Under the pieces are notes generated by a model, which ran no database searches, was not told the origin of the DNA, and saw nothing but the letters and a program-made list of their open reading frames with translations. From Eledone cirrhosa (Eukaryota), in the NCBI GenBank assembly GCA_964016885.1, contig OZ024740.1:385640001-385704000 (forward strand): a stretch of DNA of 64,000 nucleotides. Direction: 5' to 3'. How positions within the stretch are numbered: the stretch's first letter is position 1; each line of letters starts with the position of its first letter. Below, piece after piece: positions 28,132 through 39,235 of this stretch. The translations under genes were made by a program, and so were the position numbers.

Positions 28132-28468
28132 CGGTGGCTGCCAACTCGTTTTCGAGTACGGCCACTACTTTATATCCATGTAGGAGAACCCCTACCGATG
28201 CGCTGAACGAGTGGGAATTTTTAGTCCAGCCAGCGACTTGAAAACTCTGGTACAAACACTACACTTGTGACAACTATTGACACATAGTGCTGGGCCCATG
28301 GTACCAAGTGACGACAAGTGCAGAGAGATCTCCAGATATAAAGCAATGCCTGTGCCGTGAAGCTTTTATAGTGAGCAAAGGCACTGCACAAAGCCAGTCT
28401 CACTCTCTTAACCAAGATGATATTTACCAAAAAGAACAAGCCAACATCATTGGATACCATCAGGGTTG
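28132..28468. repeat. Unclassified 337-bp insert bounded on both sides by (CATA)n
   Basis: Higher-GC unique sequence between CATA tracts, with a terminal hairpin and homology to 22660-22841; no recognisable protein in the frames I read. Confidence 0.6.
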
Positions 28469-28520
28469 CATACATACATACATACATACATACATACATA
28501 CATACATACATACATACATA

Positions 28521-29513
28521 ACATATGAGACCCGGATAGTAACACTGAAGCAACACCTTCAACAGAGGAAAAAGGTTGGCAACCATCTTGCCCAGGTTTA
28601 TGAGCATGAAAAAAGAAATATCATTAGAATAGCGACTGATCTGGAGGAGAGATATGGAATAAAGCCTGATATAAATCTCTCACCCAGAGAAATCGGAAGA
28701 TCCTATTCAATGTTCAAACAAGATAAAAAAATTGACCAATTTACAGAAAAAGTTGTGCATGGATACTTGAGGCGTAAAACACAGACCATAGAGGGGATAA
28801 ACCACTCAAAAAGCCTGGCATGGAGTTCCGACAAGTTTATGACATCACACCTTGAGGGATATCTCTATGCAATACAGGAACAAGAACTCCCTACCAAATA
28901 TCTGCTGCACAAAAGAGGAGGGCCAGCAGCTGACAATAAATGTAGGCTATGTAAAACAAAGATCGAGGATGTAAGCCACATTGTTGCCAGCTGCGAAAGA
29001 ATGTCATCTCGCTACTACCTCCCCATGAGACACGATGGGATAGCTAGAACCACCTGGAACGCACTTCGGAAAACAAAATTAACAGCAAACGAGGAAGAAT
29101 ATATCGAGACAGATTGCACTAAGGAATACTGGTGGAACCTGAAAATAAAAACTGCCACCAAATTAAAGCACAACCGGCCTGATATTGTAGTTTGGGACCA
29201 CACATTGAAAACGTGTTCTGTTGTGGAGATCAGCTGCCCACTTGATGTAAACGTTGTCAGAAAAATACAGGAGGAGGAGGACATCTACGGACCATTGATG
29301 AGGAGTTTACAAATCCAGTATCCAAGATACACCTTTAGCTTCATACCCATCATTATTGGTGCTACGGGTTATATACCAACCCGCTTGGACCAAAGTATGA
29401 CTGAACTTGGATTTGTGGACAAAAAGCGCAGCTCCCTAATCCATAGTCTACAAATGGCTGCGATAGCTGGCACCTTCAAAATTTTCAAAACATTCTTGCG
29501 ATTCAAGGGATGA
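28521..29513 (+). CDS. C-terminal part of an R4-clade polyprotein: post-RT region, CCHC zinc knuckle and PD-(D/E)xK restriction-like endonuclease (partial, no start codon)
   Basis: Motifs HGYL, AIQEQELPT, CRLC-x8-H-x4-C, RHD, WWN, HNRPDIVV...VEISCP, IYGPL and IPIIIGATG. The first ~78 aa of ORF 28287 is read-through from unrelated DNA and the microsatellite. Confidence 0.9.
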   Translation, partial: TYETRIVTLKQHLQQRKKVGNHLAQVYEHEKRNIIRIATDLEERYGIKPDINLSPREIGRSYSMFKQDKKIDQFTEKVVHGYLRRKTQTIEGINHSKSLAWSSDKFMTSHLEGYLYAIQEQELPTKYLLHKRGGPAADNKCRLCKTKIEDVSHIVASCERMSSRYYLPMRHDGIARTTWNALRKTKLTANEEEYIETDCTKEYWWNLKIKTATKLKHNRPDIVVWDHTLKTCSVVEISCPLDVNVVRKIQEEEDIYGPLMRSLQIQYPRYTFSFIPIIIGATGYIPTRLDQSMTELGFVDKKRSSLIHSLQMAAIAGTFKIFKTFLRFKG

Positions 29514-29594
29514 CAATTTCTTTTCTTTTACAACATTGCCACCAGGAAGGTGGCCGGTCAAAAAAATATACTCGAAATTAAGAGAAAGAGAAAA
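28521..29594 (+). mobile_element. 5'-truncated R4/Dong-clade non-LTR retrotransposon (RLE type) in a (CATA)n microsatellite
   Basis: Bounded by (CATA)13 at 28469-28520 and (CATA)4 at 29595-29610; uninterrupted frame to TGA 29513; 81-nt 3'UTR. Confidence 0.92.
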
Positions 29595-29944
29595 CATACA
29601 TACATACATATAGCTGCTTTTATGGTTTATTAGCAGCAAACCTCAATACCTCTAGCCTGGGGTTAAAAAATACTAGCCCTACCTCTGCCCATGGTCAAGA
29701 CATATGTAGGTATGTTGGTGGACTGTTTATGCAATCGTTGCCTCCATGTTGCAAAATTGTTATTGCATAACTGGAAGGACCCAGGATAACCAGAAGATTA
29801 GCCCAGGTTGAACTATCACAAAGGATCATTTTTCAAAAGTTGCTCCACCCCCTATGTTGCCGTGGAACTAACTCAATACTGAACTCATCCTTTGGACTGA
29901 GTGCTCTGCCAACATTGGATAGGACCTCCTGTTTTTTCACTACA

Positions 29945-29982
<38 letters not shown>

Positions 29983-30789
29983 ACGCTTTGGGAGGGTCAT
30001 GTTGCCAATATATATATATGTATATACATACACATACACACACATATATACAGTGAGAGAGATACTCTGTGCATATGTGTATAGCTTGTGTGGGTATATA
30101 TATGTATATATACACTATGTGCATATATGTGTTGTATGCATGGGTTTCCACACACACACATACATACATAGTTGCAACATCATTTTCTATTTCTTTTCCA
30201 TGCTTCTACAAACTATATCAACGCAACAAAAATGCCCAAAGGAGGAAACAGTTTTTATTAGTAAATATCTATATATCATCACTGTTTTTTGAGCTTAGAT
30301 AGCAAATTACTTTTCAGAAACTTTAATTATGCATGGTGTATAATTTCAAGTCTATTAACTTATTTACTTCCTTCATTTATTTTCAATTTTTAATCCAGTC
30401 TTGCACAAAATGTCAAGAATATTCAATACAGTTTATTTTGTAGAGGATAAAGCTCTGAAGCAACTGCGATGTAGTTGAGTAGAGAAATTTTACGAATTCA
30501 ATTTTTTGCATTGAATTTTTGAATGAAGTGCAGCTGAAATCACATTTAGAAAATCAGGAAGCCAGATCCTTTCAAATCGATATTTCCTCACCTTTTAAAT
30601 TAATCTTTATTGAAGTTTGTGGAAATACACTATCTAGCATATCTTTGCAATGTGACTTGTCATCAAGTTGAAACCTTGCTTAACAATCCTTAAAAATGTG
30701 GTGAATGAAATGTTTAAATTAATCTTTCTATATGTTACAGTTCCTTCCCAATATTTCTATGTCCCCTTGTAAAATAGTTTCAAATGTAC

Positions 30790-31045
30790 AGCATCATTAC
30801 TACCATTTTATTGTCAGTTTTACCATACTGGTATGAGTTAGATGGATCTTCTATAGTGTTACATTTTACCATATGTTGCAGTCTCTTGTCATTTTCTTTG
30901 TGAGGTTCAGCATTCCTAGACCAGCCTTCAGCAATTCTTCTCATGTCTTCCTTTTCCACAGGCTTCCTACACTTGAATCACTTAGCACTTAACACCTCCC
31001 AATTGTCATTCTTCATATGCATTACATGTCCTGCCAGCTCAGTCT
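30790..31045 (-). mobile_element. Decayed RTE-like fragment
   Basis: Minus strand GGACATGTAATGCATATGAAGAATGACA...TGTGGAAAAGGAAGA resembles the GHVMRM...G.GRPRKTW region of RTEs. Confidence 0.55.
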
Positions 31046-31605
31046 TTTTTTTTCTTTTCTTTTTGCACTCTACTACTGATTTTGCTCATCCTAATTATTT
31101 TACTCTCAGCTCATTTGTTATGTTTTCGAAATAATTTTCAAAATAATAAAAAATCTTGGAGGGATTTAGTAATATAACTTTTTCATTATTGAGCTGTTAT
31201 TTGTTCTTACATACAGTTTGTAGTGGAAGGTTATTAGATAAATAAAACTATTTTAAGATAAACTGTTCTGTACCATAGAGTTTGTATCATAGTTACAACC
31301 AGTTTGGAATCAGAAGTGTTAAGGAAGTGATACAGCCCAAAATACATAAACTACTGCAAAAATTCATTTTCTAAACACAAATATGAAGTAGTATTAATCA
31401 AGGATTTCCTGAAAATATTTTTATAAATTAACTTAAATTAAATTATGGTCACACATAATTCAACATTTTGTGTTTATTCTTTGAGCAACAATTATTATAT
31501 TTTCTTTTCAAAATATTGATTATAAACTAAAGAAGTTAATTTTCTATTTTATGGTGGTCAGAAATGATTTTTCTACTAATACTACTACTACTGCTTTTAT
31601 TTGAA

Positions 31606-31832
31606 TGGTGGAAGATTAGCAGAGTTATTAGAGCATCAGAAAAATGCTTAGCAGTACTTTTTGTGGTTCTTTAATTTCAGAGCTCAAATCCCACTGAGGT
31701 CAACATTGCCTTTCTTCTTTCGAAGGTCAATAAAATAAAGTACCAATTAAGTTCTGGGTATGATATAATCAACTTACCCTCCCTACAAAATTTCTAGACT
31801 TGTGCCAAAATTAGGAACCATTATTATTATTA
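31606..31832 (+). mobile_element. Meta-type SINE
   Basis: GAGGTCAACATTGCCTTTC...AATAAAATAAAGTACC with an (ATT)n tail. Confidence 0.8.
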
Positions 31833-32659
31833 TTTCGATGTGAAATCTTTAATGACTACTTCTTCATTTTCATGATTGGAGAATAGCTACTTTTAGTTTT
31901 AGTATATATCTGGTCATTAACATTTGTATGATTGCATCTTCAAGTAAATTATTAATGTAGTTTGTTTACAGTTTTTTATTGATTTTTTAATTTCCTTGTT
32001 TCATCATCATCATCATCTTCATTTAACGTCCATTTTCCACGCTAGCATGGGTTAGACGTTCATCTAATTCTAAGAAGAATAAAACAAAATCTTTTTATCA
32101 ATCAAAAAAACATTTAAGAAAAACCTACATTTTACAACCATAAGTTAGTCAGGGTCATCACTATGTCTTTTCTATTTCAACACCTCTAAACTTATTGCCC
32201 ATATGCTATTCCTTCTTAAACCCCTCATTATATCTACTTCTTCTCACATCCTATCACTGTAGTAAATAAACTCTTGGCTCAATCCTTTCCTATAAGCATT
32301 CTTCTTAAATTACCTTTCTTGCTATGTCTTCCCTCCATCATAACCATATATTTTACTGTAGTACTAACTGAACATTAGTCATATTTACCTGACTCATTTG
32401 TCATTACCTCTCAATGTGGCCCAGCCCATTGAGGCCTTTCTCCACTGACTACCTATAAAAAAGAACTTCATAAAGAGTGAACATAACATAGTATAGTAAA
32501 ACATGATACCAATGGAATTATATCATTCTCTTCCATCATATATCATTTTTTTAATCTGTATCCACCTAATTAGAAAACGTTATCTCATCCCTCTTCTTCA
32601 ATAAATGGTTTCATGTACAATGCATATCCATATATTTACTGTTTCTTCCTACTATCTTA

Positions 32660-33058
32660 TACAAAGTTAACTATAGGTAGATTCCTAGTAGAGCAACCTA
32701 AAACAAGCCTGCTCCACCAACAATCTCACCATTACTATAGTTTCCACTGATAAGACAATATTGGTCATTCCATTATATAAAATAAAATGAACCAAATTTG
32801 AAGAACTCAGCTTTGTCAGATGGTATTCTTTGAAAGTATAAATTACTATTCACCTGTTAGTCAATGGAGGACATCAAATACTGTACCAGTATGGTGTAAG
32901 TTTTCACACATGTGATGTTGGTTCATTTTATTTTATGTTAAGAATTGGCTAATATTGTCTTATCAGTGGAAACTGCAGTAATGGCAAGATTATTGGTGGA
33001 GCAGGCTTGTTTTTAAGTCACTCTACCTAGGATTCTGCATATAGCTAACTTTTTATAA
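32660..33058. mobile_element. Old MITE or fold-back element with ~135-bp diverged terminal inverted repeats
   Basis: 32663-32795 is a diverged reverse complement of 32920-33052. Confidence 0.6.
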
Positions 33059-33269
33059 GTTATTATTATATATATATATATAGGGCAGTGGATTGGCAGT
33101 ATCAGTAGAGGGTCGGACGCCATGCTTTCCAGCATAGTTACGTCCCTTTACGATCTGAGTTCAAATCCCGCCGAGGTTGACTTTGCCTTTCATCGTTACG
33201 GGGTCGATAAAATAAAGTACCAGTAATGCACTGGGTAATTGCTGGCCTTTTGTCTAAAGTAGAGACAAT

Positions 33270-33315
<46 letters not shown>

Positions 33316-33511
33316 ATAACTTATAAAAAGTTAGCTATATGCAGAATCCTAGGTAGAGTGACTTAAAACAAGCCTGCTCCACCAATAATCTTGCCATTAC
33401 TGCAGTTTCCACTGATAAGACAATATTAGCCAATTCATAACATAAAATAAAATGAACCAACATCACATGTGTGAAAACTTACACCATACTGGTACAGTAT
33501 TTGATGTCCTC

Positions 33512-33513
<2 letters not shown>
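32864..33513. repeat. Near-perfect ~205-bp inverted duplication (32864-33070 vs 33311-33513) enclosing a SINE
   Basis: The arms differ at only a couple of positions by eye; (TA)n lies at the inner junctions and at the right outer junction. Confidence 0.92.
33082..33273 (+). mobile_element. Young Meta-type SINE
   Basis: GGGCAGTGGATTGGCAGTATC...GAGTTCAAATCCCGCCGAGGTTGACTTTGCCTTTCATCGTTACGGGGTCGATAAAATAAAGTACCAG. Confidence 0.9.
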
Positions 33514-33542
<29 letters not shown>

Positions 33543-33619
33543 ATAATGACAACAGCTGGGATTATTCTTATCTAAAAACTCCCCATGGTTCATGGTCTCT
33601 TTGGTCTCAGAACCACAGA

Positions 33620-33665
<46 letters not shown>

Positions 33666-35799
33666 TCTGAATTTGTAAGTTTATATGCACACTATACTAT
33701 GATAGATGGTGGGTGGAGAAAGTATGTAAAACTATATATATATTTTGGTGGTATGATATATATATTGGTGGTTTACCATTCCACTCCTCTAACACATTTA
33801 ATGATCACTTCCCAACCTATCAATAAGATATAGTTGAAAACCTTTGTACATCATGCACTCACCTATATAATTGATGCTTACAAACAAGAATTTTTGCAAC
33901 AAATCATTTCTCCTAAATTATTACAGATTGGCTGCTAATGGAATGGTGAATAACTCACTAGTGTTGCTTTTTGTTATTGTATTTTTCTTTTTATATTATT
34001 TCTTTCTGTTTATTTGTTTGTTAGTTGTTTCTTTTTATTCCACTTTGCCTATACTAATTTTATCGCTAGCAGATAAATAGAGAAGCATGTAATCTTACAT
34101 TTAAATTGAATAGCAAACTCTAGAAACCCAGTTATTATTGTTGGTGGTGCTAGAGTTGTTGTTGATTGTGGTTGTTAATACAGTTTCTCTTAAGATATTA
34201 GTTCATTTGATTCCCACCTGGCTTCCTTATTGTTCAGTCAGTCATATTCTTCCTTCCTGTTTTACATTTATGTTTGTTTGTAAACTTTAATGATGTTTGT
34301 CTCTTTACATTATTCCACACTACATTTGTTGACATGTGACTGACTATATGTCGCGTGTATCTCCAATTAGTAGCTTTCTGGTCACTCTTACAGCTACAAA
34401 TATTTGATTTTACTTTCACTTGATGTTCTAGCATTGTCACTTTCCTTTTCTTCTCTTCTTCCTGGAGACAGGAATTGAAGCTACTGAAATGATTGTTGTT
34501 GGATCATATGAAAAGGAAGTTTACCCTCTACCCCACCCATCCATCTACTTACCACTTGCTTGAGTTTGTGCTATGATTACACACAAGAAGAAAATTACAT
34601 ACTATTATGTTTAACACTAGTGTTTTGGAGGTGATTTTTGGACAGTTAATCTACCATTTACAAACCCAACTTCTAATTATGGTCAATTTATGTTAGTCTA
34701 CATGTGAAATGCATTTAAATTGGGTTTCTTCTCAACGTGTGAAGAGCTACTGGTTTGAGTTTCTGTTTATCAATACTTATATCTGAAAAGTCTGCATGTG
34801 TAACAAAACATTTCATTTCTAAGAAAAATATTATTCAAAACTGCTGCAATATCTTTATAGATCTAGAATGGTCCACTGCTTTAAGTTATCTAAAGCTGTA
34901 GGATTTACCTGCCATTACTTTCCATTCAATATACGTATTATTTTTCCTTCTAGATTTCTTCATTGTATGTCTATTTTTCCTTACTAGCATTGATTCAATG
35001 GTTCTGTATTCTTGGAGCAGGTGTTCCATTTCTACATACTTTTCTCTGTATTAATACATGCTGTTTAAATGTAGTGATACTGTTTTACTGCTAGTTATAT
35101 AATGATGTCTGTCATACATACACAGTTGGGCAATCTACTTCAGGGCACATCACAAATGCTGTTGAAGAGAAGTAAGAAATTTAGCTATAAACTATTGAAT
35201 ATATATATTATTCACTACTAATTCCATATTGATATTTTAAAGAAAGCATTCTTTCTGTTCACATTGTAACCTTTGAATAGATGTTGGAAAATGTAATATG
35301 TAAGGACCAATATACTTAATAATATTCTTCATCGTCTTTATTAAACATTGTGATTTTCATATGATAAAAGTAAATCTAGTTCACCAATTTTATCTATTTT
35401 GCTGTCTTTCTCTTTCAACAGTTGCTGAAATCAGCATCAGTATTCATTTGTCCTCCATCTTTAACCCTTTTGATATTGCCTGACCCCACCTCCTTCCCCT
35501 CCTTGGTTCTAAGATACAAAACTATTTGTTTTGTGTATATAAACCATTAGAACATCAAGTGAATTGAAATGCTTAAAACAAGTAGAAAACTGCAAATGCA
35601 GAAAATAACTGTGAACATATTGATTGCTATAGATTTTAGCTTAGAATATCTGGTAAAGTACCTTGTAGATGGAAGAAAGTGGCCAGCAGCCACTACAGAG
35701 AATCGAACTTTCTTCCTCTGTTTTGTATTTATATGTTTCTAAAAATCTTCCATCATAATTTTATCTAAGAACCTTTATGTTCGAAACACTAGCCTAATA

Positions 35800-36000
35800 A
35801 AGATTTGTAATTTAAGTACAAGGCTAACAATTTGTGAGGCGAGGGAGGAATGTCAATTACATTAATCCCAGTACATGACTAGTACTAATTTTATTGACCA
35901 TGGAATGATGAAAGGCAAAGTTGGCCTCAACAGGATTTGAAATCAGATCCTAATGAGCTAGAAAAAATACTGCTAAGCATTTGTCCAACTCTCCACCACC
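35800..36000 (-). mobile_element. Meta-type SINE (decayed)
   Basis: GATGAAAGGCAAAGTTGGCCTC...GGATTTGAA. Confidence 0.75.
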
Positions 36001-36280
36001 GTTCAATAGGAATAAAAGCCAAAGTTGACTTGACATCCATGGGATTTGAACCCCCCTTGAGGCAAACTATCTGAAGTTCTAATGACTCTCCCAGTTTCTA
36101 ATGACTCTACCTGAAAAAATACTAACTTAATAATGAATACCTTAGTTATTGTATTAAATGCCTCTATATTCCTGATTATTTTCAATGTTATTTGGAAATC
36201 ATAAGCAATGTATTTCATAAAAAGGGTTAACCTTTGTGTTTAGCACTGAGTTAACTCAGCTGAAGCACACTTATGATTAA

Positions 36281-36481
36281 CCCTTTAGCATTTAAACTGT
36301 ATCCGGCCAGAATTCTCTCACCTCTTTCTACTCAAACTGGCTGTAATTGGCTGCTCATACTGATGTTAAGGTATTTTTCTCAAATTAAATATCAAAATCT
36401 CATAGATTCGATATTATGTGAGGTAAAATATTTACTATGAAAATATAATAGTAAATATAGAGTAATGTAAATGCTAAAGGG
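36281..36481. mobile_element. piggyBac-type MITE family 1
   Basis: TTAA target site duplication (TSD) on both sides; perfect 14-bp TIR CCCTTTAGCATTTA/TAAATGCTAAAGGG; interrupts an older repeat. Confidence 0.92.
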
Positions 36482-37359
36482 TTAAAGATGTTCAAGCTGT
36501 AACCATCCTATCCTTTTTTTCGTATATAAGGATTGATATATTGTAATGTATCCTTCTTTGTTTATGGCAGTATGTTTTTTCATTTGAAAAATATTCGGCT
36601 GCTATTTCAGTAGGTCAAAAAACCACGTAGAGTATTGTTTTATAATGTTTATAAAACAAGTATCATGTACTTATTGTAAGACATAGGAACCATAGCACTA
36701 TTGCTTTTCCTTGCAATGCTTGAGTGAAGGATGGATGGTCATAGCTGGTGCACCTTTGAACGTTGTCTGACTTAGTCAGGGCTGGCATAGAAGGAAACAA
36801 TAATTACAACATTATTCTCTTGTTTCTTCTACCAAACACTCATCTTTTATTTATAATCTTTTATTAAGTTATATTATAAATACCTTTTTAATGAAAGAAC
36901 TTTTGTAAATTCTTCAATCATTAATTCATTTCAATGAATTTCATTAGAAATATGATAATGATATATGGTTCTTTTTTTATATATAGTATGTTTACTAAAA
37001 TCTCTCATGTTGCATTCCACATTTTGGTATGAAAATTTGAGATCTTTTCACTATTGGATCTTTTGATAAAGATTTAACACAAAGAGTCATCATATATTTC
37101 TTAAGTGAAGCATAGACTAACTAAGGTTTCAAATGCAATCTCTATCCGATTTTATCAGCATTTTGAACATTGACCTTGCATGTTACCAAGAATGTTGATG
37201 GTAGTAAAGCTGCGCACTTCAATATTTCATTTTGTGAATCCATGCAATTGACAATGAATAAACGTTTTGGGGAATGTGCTGAATTGATGATGTTAATACA
37301 TATCTCACTCGGGAGGTTGGGCTTGTAATATTTGACATTTTTGTCAGATAAATAGAATA

Positions 37360-37390
<31 letters not shown>

Positions 37391-37428
37391 TATATGTGTG
37401 TGTGTGTGTGTCTACAAGGGATCTAATG

Positions 37429-37467
<39 letters not shown>

Positions 37468-38043
37468 CATCATCATCATCACATATATATATATATACAT
37501 CCATACGCACACACAAACACATATATATGCATATTATATATAATTTCATGTATGTGTAAAATTGAAAGTATTTATTTGGATTCCCTCTTATTAATTTCTA
37601 CTCAGTTTTCTTGTATACTCTCTTCATAACTTAGGAAATCTGGTACTACCTAACTCATCTTGTCAGTTTGCTTTTAACTTGATGTGTTGTGACCCATTAG
37701 AAACCATATCATCTTTAGTTTATAATTTCAGTCAGGATTCTGATTTCAAACATCTTCAGCATCCTAATACTCATTATATTACTGTATTATTGTTCATTTA
37801 GATGGACATTTTACTGAAGATATTGTGTAAGAAATAGTTGATAAGCATCTTAATAACAGAAATAAAGTTTCTCTGTTGTTAAATACCCATACATAATAAA
37901 CTCCTCATGTGTTCCTTATGTGTAGCTTTTATGACATGTTATATTAAGATTCTTAAGGTCAAACGTCTTTTATCCTTTCATGATTGTATGGACATTTTTT
38001 TTTTTTTTTTTTTATAAGATTGCCAAATAGTTTATAAGATAAT

Positions 38044-38432
38044 TGTTTCTACTTTTGGCACAGGCCAGCAATTACCCAGTACATTACTGGTAATTTATTT
38101 TATCGACTCCGTAAGGACAAAAGGCAAAATTAACCTCGGCGGGATTTGAACTCAGACCGTAAAGGGACATAACTATACTGGAAAGCATGGCATCCAACCC
38201 TCCACTGATACTGCCAATTCACTGCCATATAGTTTATAAGATAATTGTTTCTACTTTTGGCACAAGGCCAGCAAATACCCAGTACATTACTGGTACTTTA
38301 TTTTATCTACCCCGTAAGGATGAAAGGCAAAGTTGACCTCGGCGGGATTTGAACTCAGAATAGAAAGGGCCGTAACTCTATGTGTCAAAGCATGGTGTCC
38401 AACCCTCTACCGATACTGCCAATCCACCACCT
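38044..38432 (-). mobile_element. Two tandem Meta-type SINEs sharing a triplicated target site
   Basis: ATAGTTTATAAGATAAT at 38027-38043, 38229-38245 and 38451-38467. Confidence 0.9.
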
Positions 38433-39059
38433 ATAATAACATATATATATATAGTTTATAAGATAATAAATAACATCTAGTTCTAGTCTTTTATTTCAGC
38501 TTTGACCTTACTCAACTAAAACCCTGTGGTACTTCACAATATCAAAATATGTCAAACATTGAATACCAACTTACATTTCAGCAACTTAATGACCATCTCC
38601 TATGGCAGTAAATAACTGTCAAACTAGTATGAATATTATCAGATTTTCCTAATGAGGACTATCACTTTCCCATATTTGAATCTTTTTTCGGTTTATCTGG
38701 AGATAAATGCAAGAGAGAAGTTGACATTAAGCACATGTATGGTAGTCATTGGGTGAAATTTGTTCACATTTTTAGAGAGGAAAAAACAAAGTTAAAAGAA
38801 AATGGAGGAAATGGCATATTTTTTTCTATATAATTTTTGATGAGTTTATATTTTTTAGTTTTAAATTTCAAAACAATCTATTCTCTCAATGTACATTAAA
38901 AGACCCTAACAACAACAACATCAATAACAACAAATATAGTAACAATGATAATGATTAATATATCAACAAATTTGATTTATTTCTCTCACACATACTATCT
39001 CTCATGATACACACACACATACACATGATTATAGGACAAAACTTATCAAATAGAATGGA

Positions 39060-39104
39060 CACATATATTCATACATATATGTATTCATATATATATATAT
39101 ACAT

Positions 39105-39191
<87 letters not shown>

Positions 39192-39235
39192 CTATGCACA
39201 CACACACACATACACACATACATGTGTATATATGT
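39060..39235. repeat. (TA)-(CT)n-(TA)-(CA) compound microsatellite
   Basis: Directly visible. Confidence 0.95.

Noticed and set aside
28132-28215. HDV-like ribozyme (P1 with a G-U first pair, P2 ACTCGTT/AACGAGT)
   Set aside because: Only 8 nt separate P2 and P1', leaving no room for P3/L3, and there is no P1.1 GG; a simple hairpin fits better.
28350-28392. SECIS element at GTGAAG hairpin
   Set aside because: No 3' GA for the quartet, no apical AA at the right spacing, and no associated UGA-containing ORF.
28287-28520. N-terminal part of the 408-aa ORF as genuine protein
   Set aside because: It is read-through from an unrelated insert and the (CATA)13 tract (HTYI repeats); R4 homology starts at about 28521.
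32945-32990. Minimal hammerhead at GAAACTGCAGTA
   Set aside because: No CUGANGA upstream on the same strand in any of the three copies.
37142-37350. 81-aa ORF as gene or transposase piece
   Set aside because: It starts in (TA)n and has no motif I can identify with confidence on either strand.
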